The translations under genes were made by a program, and so were the position numbers. Below, piece after piece: positions 19,968 through 31,868 of a DNA stretch of 64,000 bases. Source of the stretch: an uncultured Candidatus Saccharibacteria bacterium (GTDB lineage Bacteria > Patescibacteriota > Doudnabacteria > UBA920); NCBI GenBank assembly GCA_964512925.1, contig CAZEKH010000002.1:122505-186504 (forward strand), written 5' to 3'. The notes beneath the pieces were generated by a model. That model was not told the DNA's origin and did not search any database. It saw only the letters and a program-made list of their open reading frames with translations. Position 1 is the stretch's first letter. Each line of letters starts with the position of its first letter.

Positions 19968-20163
19968 ACGGACTATTAATCCTCGCTTTCACTACGATTT
20001 CGTTTTTGATAAAACTTAATCAAGCCGCGTAAAATTAACTCGTTGGATCATTCTTCAATAGGCACGCCATTAGCCACTCCGATCCCTTGCGGCATCGGAG
20101 TAAGGCCTTTGACACCTTGTAAGTATACGGTTTCAGAAACTATTTCATTCCCCTTCCGGGGTG

Positions 20164-20204
<41 letters not shown>

Positions 20205-20487
20205 ATATGAGTATTTAGCCTTAGATCTTAGTCGACCTGATTTCCAACCAGATTTCTCGTGTCTGGTTGTACTCAAGAAAAAGTTAGGAAATTGCATGGT
20301 TTTTCGCTATACGGGACTATCACCCTCTGTGGTCCGCCGTTCCAGGCGTGTTCTGCTAAACAGCACACTATATTCCCAGTGAGGTTACAGCCTCACAATA
20401 ACTTCCACTTATAACGCCATCTAAGCAACGACTGTAATCTTTAAATCTCTGTCTTGCGACTTTGAAAACACTTAGATGGTTTGGGCT

Positions 20488-20572
20488 AATAGAATGAGTA
20501 TAAAGTATTATGTATTAAGTATTTAGCCGAAGCTTTATACAAAATACTCTCTACTTTATACAAATTCTATAT
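20488..20572 (-). other. 23S intervening hairpin insertion (near E. coli ~263)
   Basis: AGTAT-periodic hairpin between TTTGGGCT and TTCCGCGTTCGCTCGCC; cUUCGg loop on the rRNA strand. Confidence 0.85.
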
Positions 20573-21115
20573 CTTTCCGCGTTCGCTCGCCACTACTAAC
20601 GGAATCTCTTCCCGACTTAACGTCGGGATTGATTTATTTTCCACATGCTACTGAGATGTTTCACTTCGCATGGTTCCCGCTCTTTATACCCCACGGCATA
20701 AAGGCATACATTCTTCAAATGTATGGGTTTCCCCATTCGGACATCCCCGGATCAAAGCTTTTTGCCAGCTCCCCGAGGCTTTTCGTTAGGCTGAAACGTC
20801 CTTCATCGGCTCATATTACCTAGGCATCCACCGTATACCCTTTTGTGTTTTAATCAGTTGATTGACTAGCGATTTGTAGTTTTCATTAATGTAAATTAAA
20901 TCAAACCATCCCAATTTCATCGGGAAACATTACTAAGGAATTAATAATGCGAAATCGCCAGAACACGATTCAATGTTTGCAATTTCATAAAATATTTACG
21001 AAATTGCGATTTATATATCTCCACATTTCTGCGGAGTTTAATACATACTTTTGAACTTACTTACAACTAACATCTTTTTCGGCTGAAAAAAATGTTAATC
21101 TTACCCAATATTCAA

Positions 21116-21127
21116 TTTTTAAAGTGC
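21116..21127 (-). promoter_or_regulatory. boxA-like antitermination element of the 23S leader
   Basis: GCACTTTAAAAA directly before the processing-stem arm. Confidence 0.45.
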
Positions 21128-21361
21128 TATGGACGGAAGATTTCCATCCACATAGCTACTGCCCAGTACCAGAGTTTCAACTAGCCTGATTCCCTAAGTA
21201 AAAGTGGAAAGGCCGGAATCTGTGAGCAGTATTTATGCAGATGTAATTTTTATAACCTCGCTTCGTGGAAAGAACTTATGCTTTATTTATAACTCTGAAC
21301 ACTCTTCTCCGCCAGCTGGCGGATTTGGCGGATTGTTCTCTATAACATTTAATTAAAGTGA

Positions 21362-21456
21362 ACAAAAAAACCGCTTGCGCGGTATGTAAAGGCACACATT
21401 AAGATGGCCGTTTACATAAACCGCTTGAATGTGAAAGTTAATGAGTGTAAAACCAT
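21362..21456 (-). promoter_or_regulatory. putative leader-peptide attenuator (uORF MVLHSLTFTFKRFM, 21456-21412; terminator 21383-21364)
   Basis: 14-codon uORF; mutually exclusive 15-bp antiterminator and ACCGC-GCAA-GCGG-T7 terminator. Confidence 0.6.
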
Positions 21457-21497
21457 AATATTTATAGACTTTTTTTAGGTTTTTTACTGTACTGCTA

Positions 21498-21526
21498 ATA
21501 TTAGACTTTTTTTAACCTACTGTCAA
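21498..21526 (-). promoter_or_regulatory. sigma70 promoter for the 23S-5S transcript
   Basis: TTGACA(21526-21521)-17bp-TAATAT(21503-21498). Confidence 0.75.
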
Positions 21527-21684
21527 GAGAGTCGCTAAAAAATAATAAAATATTATTCCGCTTAAATAAGCGGTCAGCTAAAAATCTTATGCCCACAAAG
21601 TCCACAGGAAATACACATTTTCATCTGCGTATCTCATAACCTATTCAACATCAAGTAAATTACTTAACTTCAAAACCCGAATTA

Positions 21685-23742
<2,058 letters not shown>

Positions 23743-23876
23743 TTAAAAAAAATAAATTTGTACTTTTATTATACCTCAAACCCGAAAGTTTTTGTAAAAA
23801 ACAGCTTATCCACAATTGAAAATTAGCTTAAAATCTTATATACTGTATTTACAAGCTGTTCTTCCTAAAAAAACAA

Positions 23877-24281
23877 ATGCAAAATTTCTCAAAAAAAATT
23901 GAGCTTTCTCCCAGACTTAAATTAAGCGTTGGCAGGAGCTATACGCAAAACCAAACATTTAAATATACTGCCATTTTCTGCCTGATTTTAGCCATAGGAC
24001 TTGCGGGCAATGCTATCCGCATAGTATTTAAAGCGGATCAAGACTCAAAACAGGCAAAAGAAAACATTATCCTTCCCCAAGTGCTAGGAGTAACTGACGA
24101 CAGGACTAAAAACACAGACAATCCTGAGGTTATTGAGTATAAAGTTCAAAAAGGAGATACTTTGTTTAACCTCAGTCAAAAATACAATATTTCCTGGGCA
24201 ACCTTAGCCACCTTAAATAACCTCAAGAGTCCTTTCACCCTTCAGCCAGGACAAACGATCAAAATTCCACGTTATTTTTAA
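23877..24281 (+). CDS. membrane-anchored LysM-domain protein
   Basis: TM helix followed by YKVQKGDTLFNLSQKYNISWATLATLNNL..LQPGQTIKIP. Confidence 0.9.
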   Translation: MQNFSKKIELSPRLKLSVGRSYTQNQTFKYTAIFCLILAIGLAGNAIRIVFKADQDSKQAKENIILPQVLGVTDDRTKNTDNPEVIEYKVQKGDTLFNLSQKYNISWATLATLNNLKSPFTLQPGQTIKIPRYF

Positions 24282-24311
24282 AACCCTCCACTATTTAGGA
24301 GGGTTTTAAAA
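24276..24311. terminator. bidirectional terminator
   Basis: TTTTAAAACCCTCC/GGAGGGTTTTAAAA between convergent genes. Confidence 0.75.
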
Positions 24312-24324
24312 TTGTTTGTTTTTT

Positions 24325-25713
24325 TTAATAAGCTTCAACCTCTACAATTCTGGCTGTGCCTCCGACGCCGCTTGTTACATTTATTCTGATTTTTGAAGTT
24401 GTAACAAAAGGAAAAGTTATTTGCTTCCAAATTTTGTTATTACCTATTATATTTCCACCAGTAACCAGCTGCCAAGCGCTTCCATCCCAGTACTGGACCT
24501 GAAAATCAACAATGCCATAGGAGGAAAAAGTCATCGCCAAATCCGGATCAACCGGATTGGAAGCATAAGCATCCTGCAAAGTAATCACATCAATCTCATT
24601 GATATTTCTTAGGACCGGATTGGCGGCCGCGGTGTTATCCGTGAAATCAATTTGCAGCCAATCAGGCAAAACAAAGCTTGAATTCCAACCGTTGCCAGTA
24701 TCCCAATTTATACCTGTTCTATCACCGTTTATCGTTGCTGCCGGCGAAAATATACAGCAGGTATTGGAAGCCGACGCCCTGCCCCCGTTTGCCTGCAAGG
24801 CATAGTTTATGCGCGCTGAAGTTTCTCCTTCTTCCGGGATAACAACTCGAATTTTTCTCGTTACTTGGCTATTTCTGGCAGAAACATTTACCGCCGTCTC
24901 TCCTACCAAAGGGATACCTTTTGGACTTAAACCGGCAGTATCAGTAAAAGCTTCCAGCTGCACATATAAGGGATTTGTGCCGTTATAGTTATAAACTATA
25001 ATCTCCTGTTGCTTGGTAGGATCAAGAGTAAATTCACCATATAGTCCGGGGTCTAACGGGCTATTAACATAATACTTACCGTCGTTTCCATCCGGAGACC
25101 AATACTCAGTCGAAGAAACATCGCTACAGGCTGGAGTTAAATATGAAAGATTTGGATCGAACTCACAAACATAAACTGCCATTTTATCATTGTTGCCGCT
25201 GGGCAGATAAGTAAACTTTATTTTGCCGAAACCGCTTCCGGCAACGCTGCAAATCGGATCCGCGGATAAAGGATCTAAGGGGTCTGTAATAGGGCTCGGG
25301 CAAAGCAAATTAAAAAGCGGATAGCGGTTGGAGCTGGCGGCAAAGGAATTGGAACTTGCAGCAACTTTCACCTGATACACCTGCGGGGTTTCCTGGCTTT
25401 CTGTGCTGGATAAGTTAACAGCGCCCAGCAAATTGGTATAACTAAACGTACAACTGGAGCAAGTAGAGACTTTTCTTTTAATTTTAAACAAAGCTTCTTC
25501 AGTTACAGCATCCGCGCCGACAATAGCAGCTTCTGTTCTAAGTCCATCGCCCGAAACTTTTATTTCACCCAATAGAATCGCTGCAATGCTAAAACTGATG
25601 GCTAAAATAGCCGACAATATGATTATAGAAAGCAGTAAAGTCACTCCCTCTTGGGAAGACAAGGTAGATTTTTTATATTTGCTAAAAATCCAAGGTCTAT
25701 TGGGGTATATCAT
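24325..25713 (-). CDS. PilX-like minor pilin with C-terminal discoidin (F5/8 type C)-like domain
   Basis: QEG-VTLLLSIIILS prepilin-like N-terminus without E5; C-terminal NYAL..AS..INGD..W..PDWLQIDF..FQVQYWDG..W..SKIRI..ARIVEVEAY. Confidence 0.75.
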   Translation of the reverse strand: MIYPNRPWIFSKYKKSTLSSQEGVTLLLSIIILSAILAISFSIAAILLGEIKVSGDGLRTEAAIVGADAVTEEALFKIKRKVSTCSSCTFSYTNLLGAVNLSSTESQETPQVYQVKVAASSNSFAASSNRYPLFNLLCPSPITDPLDPLSADPICSVAGSGFGKIKFTYLPSGNNDKMAVYVCEFDPNLSYLTPACSDVSSTEYWSPDGNDGKYYVNSPLDPGLYGEFTLDPTKQQEIIVYNYNGTNPLYVQLEAFTDTAGLSPKGIPLVGETAVNVSARNSQVTRKIRVVIPEEGETSARINYALQANGGRASASNTCCIFSPAATINGDRTGINWDTGNGWNSSFVLPDWLQIDFTDNTAAANPVLRNINEIDVITLQDAYASNPVDPDLAMTFSSYGIVDFQVQYWDGSAWQLVTGGNIIGNNKIWKQITFPFVTTSKIRINVTSGVGGTARIVEVEAY

Positions 25714-26401
25714 ATTTATTTATACTGACTGAAGTCTGATAATAAATCTCTTTTGTTTCGCCTGTTGGCAAATTGACTGAAAAACGCATCAATATCTGGA
25801 CAAAGGGCTGTATTTTAGGGTAGTCGGAAGAATAACTGGAACAACCCGGAGGCTTTATTATATAAGGGTCACAAGTAGGCTTAACCGTGAAAGCAAGCTG
25901 GGTAATTTTAAAATTTGAAGGGTTTAAAATTTGGGGAGTATTACCTTCTTTTAAAACCACTAAAGTTCCGTTGGTATGAGTAAACCCGCTGCCCACATAA
26001 TTGCCATTTTGATCTCCGAAATATATGCATTGATGAAAGCCTTCATTGTCAATGATGCTTAGTCTGTTGTCTTTACCGTTCCCGCTGAGGCCATAATAGT
26101 TATCCCCCACATTGGCAATTTTGAGGCACGGACCAATATCTGAGCTTCTTGGCGCGTCGTGCGTACCATTCATCCCAAAATCAATCTCGCCATTTCGGAT
26201 ATTTTTTGCCAATGTTTCGGCAAAATTCCTCATTCCCTGAGAAGCTTGCCTTAAAGCTTCGCTTTTTCTGTTGATTTTTAAAACATAATTAAACAAGCTC
26301 ATCAACGAAGAAACCACAACAGCAAAAATGACCGTGGAAACTAAAATTTCCATTAAAGTAAATCCTGATCTATTTATTTTTTGCATTTTATACTGTTTCA
26401 T
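25697..26401 (-). CDS. minor pilin (PilW-like)
   Basis: SG-FTLMEILVS N-methylation motif. Confidence 0.85.
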   Translation of the reverse strand: MKQYKMQKINRSGFTLMEILVSTVIFAVVVSSLMSLFNYVLKINRKSEALRQASQGMRNFAETLAKNIRNGEIDFGMNGTHDAPRSSDIGPCLKIANVGDNYYGLSGNGKDNRLSIIDNEGFHQCIYFGDQNGNYVGSGFTHTNGTLVVLKEGNTPQILNPSNFKITQLAFTVKPTCDPYIIKPPGCSSYSSDYPKIQPFVQILMRFSVNLPTGETKEIYYQTSVSINKYDIPQ

Positions 26402-26431
26402 ACTTCACGCTTCATTGTTCAATATTACCAA

Positions 26432-27157
26432 TCAGTAATTTTTCCAATTAGTTAAATACTCCTGGAGCTCCACGCGACAAGAAGCTTTGGGAATTTTCCC
26501 TACTGACTCGTCCCAATCATCGAGTTTTGGACATTTTTTAGTTTCTGACCACCAAACTCGGGAAACAATTTTAAGCCTTTGAAAATTTGTTCTATTATAC
26601 GGCTGGGTAGTAGAATCCTCTGTAATTGTAATTTTTCTGTAAAAACCCGAATTGCCATTTGAAACTCCATTTATTACATCTGACATACTGTAATACCCTG
26701 TAAAGCTTGGACTGTCAATATCGGAACGAAAATCCAGACCCCATTTACCCCCGGTTGTGTTGTCATCTTTATATTGCCAATATTTATTTAGATTGGGATC
26801 TAAGATAAGCCTGGTACTTTTATTGGCTCCCGCCTGCCTGATATCATAACCCGCATTACCTGACGGATTCAACCATTCTGGGTAGCATTTGCCATTGTTA
26901 GAACCCGACAAAAAATTATAGCAATTGGTTGCTATAGTGGATTTAAGCCAGTTAGTATCGCGCATATTTTTAAATGCTTCAATACCTTCCCTAGCCAAAG
27001 CAGTAGCAACAATTTGTTGGGTGATGTTACTGGAAGCTGATAAGGCATATATAGCTAAGCCGGTCGCAGCGGTAATACCCATTGTTAAAATAAACACCGC
27101 GGCCAAGGTTTCAATGATAGTTTGTCCAGCCTGATTTTTTTTAGAAAAATACTTCAT
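26432..27157 (-). CDS. minor pilin (PilV-like)
   Basis: AG-QTIIETLAA motif, ALAREGIE, C-terminal YLTNWK. Confidence 0.82.
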   Translation of the reverse strand: MKYFSKKNQAGQTIIETLAAVFILTMGITAATGLAIYALSASSNITQQIVATALAREGIEAFKNMRDTNWLKSTIATNCYNFLSGSNNGKCYPEWLNPSGNAGYDIRQAGANKSTRLILDPNLNKYWQYKDDNTTGGKWGLDFRSDIDSPSFTGYYSMSDVINGVSNGNSGFYRKITITEDSTTQPYNRTNFQRLKIVSRVWWSETKKCPKLDDWDESVGKIPKASCRVELQEYLTNWKNY

Positions 27158-27160
27158 ATT

Positions 27161-27883
27161 TTACTGAAAAGTAATTGCTCCCGACAAACCGTTAACTGTA
27201 ATAGTTTTATATAAGCTACCGGATTTGTTGGTCAGCCTGATAGTCATCACCGAATCCCCGCTGGCCGCAGTAGCTGAACCGCCGCCAGTATCATTACCTA
27301 CGTATTGAGTGATCTGAGCATAGTCATCGGTATTGTTTGCAAATCCATTGCTCACACAATTTTCGTTATATATTATTTTTCCATATGGGACCTTGAAGGC
27401 TAAAAGGGCGCAAGAAGAAGGAGTTTGCGAGGTAAATCCGGCCGGCCTTTGAATGCAGACACCAGAACTTAAGCAGGCGACGCTGCTATAAGCGCCAATC
27501 CTGACATCTTGTGGCAACTTTATGGTTTCTATGGTAATCAGCCTCACCGGCGGACTGGTAACATTATACACAGCCTGAACAACATATTCTGTTGGATTAT
27601 TTAGATCAAATTTTAACAAATAATATTCTGCCGGGGTATTGTATGCAACATTTCTTGAATACAAAGCGCTGCTTTGTATCTCCCTGATTTTACTTACCAT
27701 CTGACTTTGAGCCAATTTTAAATTTCTTTGCGCTCTTTGACCGGCAATGTTTGCTGTCACCAAACCCATCACAATACCCATTATGAGCAAAACCATTGTT
27801 AGCTCCATTAAAGAAAACCCAGGATTTTTTCCAAATCCTGCCAGAGCTCGCTTTAACAATGCTTTTTTATATAATATTAACAA
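27161..27883 (-). CDS. minor pilin (FimT/GspH-like)
   Basis: PG-FSLMELTMV motif. Confidence 0.82.
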   Translation of the reverse strand: MLILYKKALLKRALAGFGKNPGFSLMELTMVLLIMGIVMGLVTANIAGQRAQRNLKLAQSQMVSKIREIQSSALYSRNVAYNTPAEYYLLKFDLNNPTEYVVQAVYNVTSPPVRLITIETIKLPQDVRIGAYSSVACLSSGVCIQRPAGFTSQTPSSCALLAFKVPYGKIIYNENCVSNGFANNTDDYAQITQYVGNDTGGGSATAASGDSVMTIRLTNKSGSLYKTITVNGLSGAITFQ

Positions 27884-27973
27884 GCTAAATGACTTAAAAT
27901 TTTGATTTCAAAAAGTTTAAAAAGCTATTTTAAGTATAAAACAAAAAAAGTAAAAAAACAAACAAAAACTCTA

Positions 27974-28777
27974 CTAAAAACCCAAGAAATTTATGTACCA
28001 ATTAAATATTTGATCGCCGTAAAATAAGGAGATTAAAGCGCCCAGGCTTAAAAATACCCCGAAAGGCAATTTGCTCTGCAAAGTTTTTTTGCCAAAAAAT
28101 AAAAGGGGTAGGGAAACCAAAGTTCCCAAAAAAAACGACAAGAACCAGGCAACCCCGATTTTAGGCCAGGAGAGAGTCAATCCTAAAAAAAACGCGTACT
28201 TTACATCCCCAAAACCCATCCAACGTCCTTCCGAAAAATACCAAATAAAAAACAATGGTGCGGCAGCGGCAATTCCCGAAATCAGACCAAAAGCCAATTC
28301 CCCGGTTAAACTAAACCAATTGCCTGTAATAAAAACGTCTATTATCAAAAGCAAAAAGAGAATAAAAATTCCGGGGTACAATAAAACTTCATCTAAAATT
28401 AAAAAATGTTCAAAATCAATAATAGCGACAACTAAAAATACGCATAGCAATACTAAATATTTCACTAAAATTAAATACTCATAAGCTGTTTGAGGTGGAA
28501 AAAAATAATATGTTAGGCAAAATAACACTCCAGTCAAAAATTCCACTGTCGGATAACGGGGAGAAATTTTCTTTTTGCAATTTGCGCATTGTCCAAAAAG
28601 AAAAATATAGCTAAAAAGAGGAACCAACTGCCAGCCTTTCAAAGTCTGTTTGCAGCTCGGGCAATGTGATCTGCCTCTCAAAGTCTCGTCTTGAGGCATA
28701 CGTAAAATAACAACGTTTAAAAAACTTCCGAACAATAATCCTAAAATAAAATAAACCGCGTACAATATTGGCTCCAT
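27974..28777 (-). CDS. pilD: prepilin peptidase
   Basis: GSFLNVVI.R, RSHCPSC, GQCANC..IS.RYP, IDFEH, MGFGDVK, LPFGVFL. Confidence 0.95.
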   Translation of the reverse strand: MEPILYAVYFILGLLFGSFLNVVILRMPQDETLRGRSHCPSCKQTLKGWQLVPLFSYIFLFGQCANCKKKISPRYPTVEFLTGVLFCLTYYFFPPQTAYEYLILVKYLVLLCVFLVVAIIDFEHFLILDEVLLYPGIFILFLLLIIDVFITGNWFSLTGELAFGLISGIAAAAPLFFIWYFSEGRWMGFGDVKYAFFLGLTLSWPKIGVAWFLSFFLGTLVSLPLLFFGKKTLQSKLPFGVFLSLGALISLFYGDQIFNWYINFLGF

Positions 28778-28791
28778 ATATATTTACAATT

Positions 28792-30807
28792 TTATTCAAA
28801 AATCAAAGTTTCCAGCACAGTTGGTATATAAACCTGCTTAAAATCCTTGGCTTGTTTAGAGCTTTGAGCTATATGCTTGACCAGCTCCATACCCGGATAT
28901 TTTTGAAAAGCTTGATTTAAAATTATCTTCATCTGTTTCTCCATCCCTTCCAGCTGGTAAATCCTTGCCAAAAGAAGCATTGAAGTTATAGAGTATGAAC
29001 TCAGCCTAACTCCGACTTTGGCATATTCCCTTGCTTCTTTGAGCCTTCCGTCTTCAGCGATATAAAAAGCCTGGTGAGTCCACCTCAGGCCATAGAATTT
29101 GTCTTTTTCCAAAGCAGAATTCATTTCTTCAATGGATTTTTTTAAAAATTCTCGCTGGCCGGTCCTGTCATAAGCTAAAAAATTCAGCTTTGAAGCCAAA
29201 TAATCAGTTTTAGCATCCTGAGGGATCAGCCGTTTAAACTTCGAAATTTTTTGTTCCAATACCTTTTCGTCAACGCCATCTCTTAGCATATCTGAAGCGA
29301 TTTTATAACTTTGCGACGCCAAATTATTTGGCGCAAGCCTGCTGGACCATAAAAGCAGTTTTGAAGAAGCCTGAAATTTTTGTTGAAAAAATTTGGTCCG
29401 CCCTTGCATAAACAAATGATCAGCCAAAGTATATGAAATTCCAACCATTAACAAACAAGCAGCTAAAAACCCTAATAACATTCTAGTTACCGGATTAAGA
29501 CCAATATTTGTTGGGAGGCATCTTTTTGAAAACATCACTGCCAGATAAAAACCAAGCAGTAAAAAACAAGCCGAGGATACCGGATTAAAAGCAGCTGAAA
29601 TATACCAAGCTAAAACCCCCAAACCAATTGATAGTAAATAAAATTTTTCCTCAATTGCCAGATTATAATCCTCTTCAGACAGAATTTTTTGCCTTAAACT
29701 CCTGACAACTAAAAATAAACCGGAAAAGCCAAAGGCTAAAAACCAGATTAGAAATGGCAATCCTAAAGTAGCGCCCATATTTAAAAACAAATTATGAGCA
29801 TCGTCAAAAACTCCGTTTTGGTCCGATAAAGCCGCGCTTCTTTGATTTTCAAAAAATAACTGGAAATTTCCAGGACCAACTCCGGTTAGCGGATGCTGGG
29901 TTATAGCCGTAAGGGCGATGTCCCACACAAAAAATCTTAAATTTATATTGGTTTCTGACAAATTTAAGCTTGCTTGCAGGCTTTGCGGCCGTGAAATTGA
30001 GTTAGTCTGCCAAAGCAAAGCCAAACTAAAAAACCCAAGAAATAGCGCGGCTAATATCTTTCTTAAGTTAAAACGAAAAATTGCCAATGATACGGGCGTC
30101 ACGACCGCCAAAAAAACCAAAGCCAGCCAGCCTGCCCTACTGGACAACAGACAAATTCCTGCAACAATAAAAAAACTGCCAAAAATATAATATACCCTTG
30201 CCTTCAAAGATTTGGCAGAAAAAATCAACGGCAAAGACAAAGGCAAAACCGCTGATAAAAACATTGTGGAAAAATTCGGATTGCCTAACAAACTGGGCGC
30301 GCGGGCAAACACTGTTGTATCCCCAACCCCGTTATAAAAACCTACACCATAAGACTGGAGTACGGCAATCAGGCCGACAACAGTAGCATCAAAAAAAAGT
30401 ACTTTATAAAATACACTTAATTTTTTATAAATATTTTGCGTGGAAAAAAAAATAATTGTGAAAACAAATACAAACCAAAAAATAAAACTATTATCCAGCC
30501 TTGGGTAACTGCCTAACAAGCTGTTAATCAAATTTTGAGAGTAAATTAAACTTGGCAATAAAAGCAATGCCCCTAAAAGACAAAACCCAATAAATTTTTT
30601 ATTTGATTGCAAAACTTTAGCCTTTATACTGACCACAATCGGCGCTGACAAACTTACAAACCAAACTGCCAGTTTTACTGTTTCAAATTTTTCATAGGAA
30701 AGTACACTGAAAGCCAATGGGACTAAAAGTAGCAAAAAAAACAAGGCTGAAAAAGTCTGGTCCTCATAAAAAGGCAGTCTTGGAATTTTTATTTGTTTAA
30801 ACATCAA
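28792..30807 (-). CDS. Wzy_C/O-antigen ligase-family membrane protein with TPR-like tail (candidate pilin oligosaccharyltransferase)
   Basis: multi-TM; GNPNF, SSRAGW, RFFVW..HPLTGVGPGNF, DAHNLFL. Confidence 0.8.
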   Translation of the reverse strand: MMFKQIKIPRLPFYEDQTFSALFFLLLLVPLAFSVLSYEKFETVKLAVWFVSLSAPIVVSIKAKVLQSNKKFIGFCLLGALLLLPSLIYSQNLINSLLGSYPRLDNSFIFWFVFVFTIIFFSTQNIYKKLSVFYKVLFFDATVVGLIAVLQSYGVGFYNGVGDTTVFARAPSLLGNPNFSTMFLSAVLPLSLPLIFSAKSLKARVYYIFGSFFIVAGICLLSSRAGWLALVFLAVVTPVSLAIFRFNLRKILAALFLGFFSLALLWQTNSISRPQSLQASLNLSETNINLRFFVWDIALTAITQHPLTGVGPGNFQLFFENQRSAALSDQNGVFDDAHNLFLNMGATLGLPFLIWFLAFGFSGLFLVVRSLRQKILSEEDYNLAIEEKFYLLSIGLGVLAWYISAAFNPVSSACFLLLGFYLAVMFSKRCLPTNIGLNPVTRMLLGFLAACLLMVGISYTLADHLFMQGRTKFFQQKFQASSKLLLWSSRLAPNNLASQSYKIASDMLRDGVDEKVLEQKISKFKRLIPQDAKTDYLASKLNFLAYDRTGQREFLKKSIEEMNSALEKDKFYGLRWTHQAFYIAEDGRLKEAREYAKVGVRLSSYSITSMLLLARIYQLEGMEKQMKIILNQAFQKYPGMELVKHIAQSSKQAKDFKQVYIPTVLETLIFE

Positions 30808-31196
30808 TACTTTATTGTGATTGTATTCTGACCTTTGGATGCAACATTAAAATCATCTGGCAGGCAAAAATTTATTGTAGCCATTTTTTTGTCTGCCCTG
30901 GTGTAATTTAAAGGCTCAGGACACTCTTTAATTTTAAAAGTATTCGGCTTGCCGGACAAATATTGGGAAATAACTTTTTCGTTGCCAAACTCATTAGCCG
31001 TGGGCAGGCGGTCGTTATCTTTATAAAAAAAATCCAGCGCCATTTTCATTTCCTGCGCCGCCATAAAAACCGCCTCGCTTTCTGCCTCTCTTCTTCCCGA
31101 GCTTGCCCCTAAAAAAATACTTATAAATAAAAAAGCAGCCACTCCGATGACTGTTATAAAAATTTTTATCTGATTGTTTGTCATTTGAAAATCCAT
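30804..31196 (-). CDS. pilin/pseudopilin-like protein
   Basis: TM helix, ALDFFYKDNDRLP, C-terminal YT..INFCL resembling the major pilin. Confidence 0.65.
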   Translation of the reverse strand: MDFQMTNNQIKIFITVIGVAAFLFISIFLGASSGRREAESEAVFMAAQEMKMALDFFYKDNDRLPTANEFGNEKVISQYLSGKPNTFKIKECPEPLNYTRADKKMATINFCLPDDFNVASKGQNTITIKY

Positions 31197-31226
31197 CTCA
31201 AGGCGGCTTTTAAAGCCGCCTTGAGA
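31196..31226 (-). terminator. 15-bp hairpin after the major pilin gene
   Basis: TCTCAAGGCGGCTTT-T-AAAGCCGCCTTGAGA. Confidence 0.6.
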
Positions 31227-31232
31227 AGAAAC

Positions 31233-31799
31233 TTACTGAATACCAGCAGGGGTTAAAGTGTGCACACCAGCAGCATATCCGCCAGTTGCGTCACCCAAAC
31301 AGAAAGTAATTGTATAGTTAGCGCCTACATCAGGAGCTGCGTACTGATAGCTGTTTGTAGTTGATGTACAAGCAGCGCCAGAACGGTTGTCAGGAGGAGT
31401 CGGAGCTGAAGGAATTAACCCGATATAAGTCGGGGTTAAAGTATAACCGGTTGCTCCGGTTGTAGCTGTTATAGACCTAAGTATACCACCAGCTGCGCTA
31501 CCCATAACATAAGCATCTCCAGTTGTGTCGCAAGCTCCGCTTGTACCACAAGTCGGATAAGCGCCGGCATCGTTGAAGATAAGTTCCATAGCTGAAGCCA
31601 GCTGTCTTACGTCAGCAAGCCTCTTGGCGTCCCTGGACTTGGCTCGAGCCGAGTTTAGGGCAAGTAAAACCACAGATGCCAAAAGACCAATAATGGCAAT
31701 AACCACTAAAAGTTCAATTAAAGTAAAACCTTTTATGTTTTTGTTTCTCAATTTTTTCACCCCCGTTCTTAAAATGTTTGAAAATATTGCTACTTTCAA
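31233..31799 (-). CDS. major type IV pilin
   Basis: KG-FTLIELLVVIAIIGLLASVVL..ARAKSRDAKRLAD. Confidence 0.92.
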   Translation of the reverse strand: MKVAIFSNILRTGVKKLRNKNIKGFTLIELLVVIAIIGLLASVVLLALNSARAKSRDAKRLADVRQLASAMELIFNDAGAYPTCGTSGACDTTGDAYVMGSAAGGILRSITATTGATGYTLTPTYIGLIPSAPTPPDNRSGAACTSTTNSYQYAAPDVGANYTITFCLGDATGGYAAGVHTLTPAGIQ

Positions 31800-31868
31800 T
31801 CAATTAAATTTATTATAAAACATCCGTAAAATAACCGCAAGTTAAGTTATACACATTATTCATTTTAA

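Noticed and set aside
23743-23876. oriC suggested by a DnaA box TTATCCACA (23806-23814; another at 16240-16248)
   Set aside because: The boxes are isolated, with no cluster and no dnaA/dnaN nearby.
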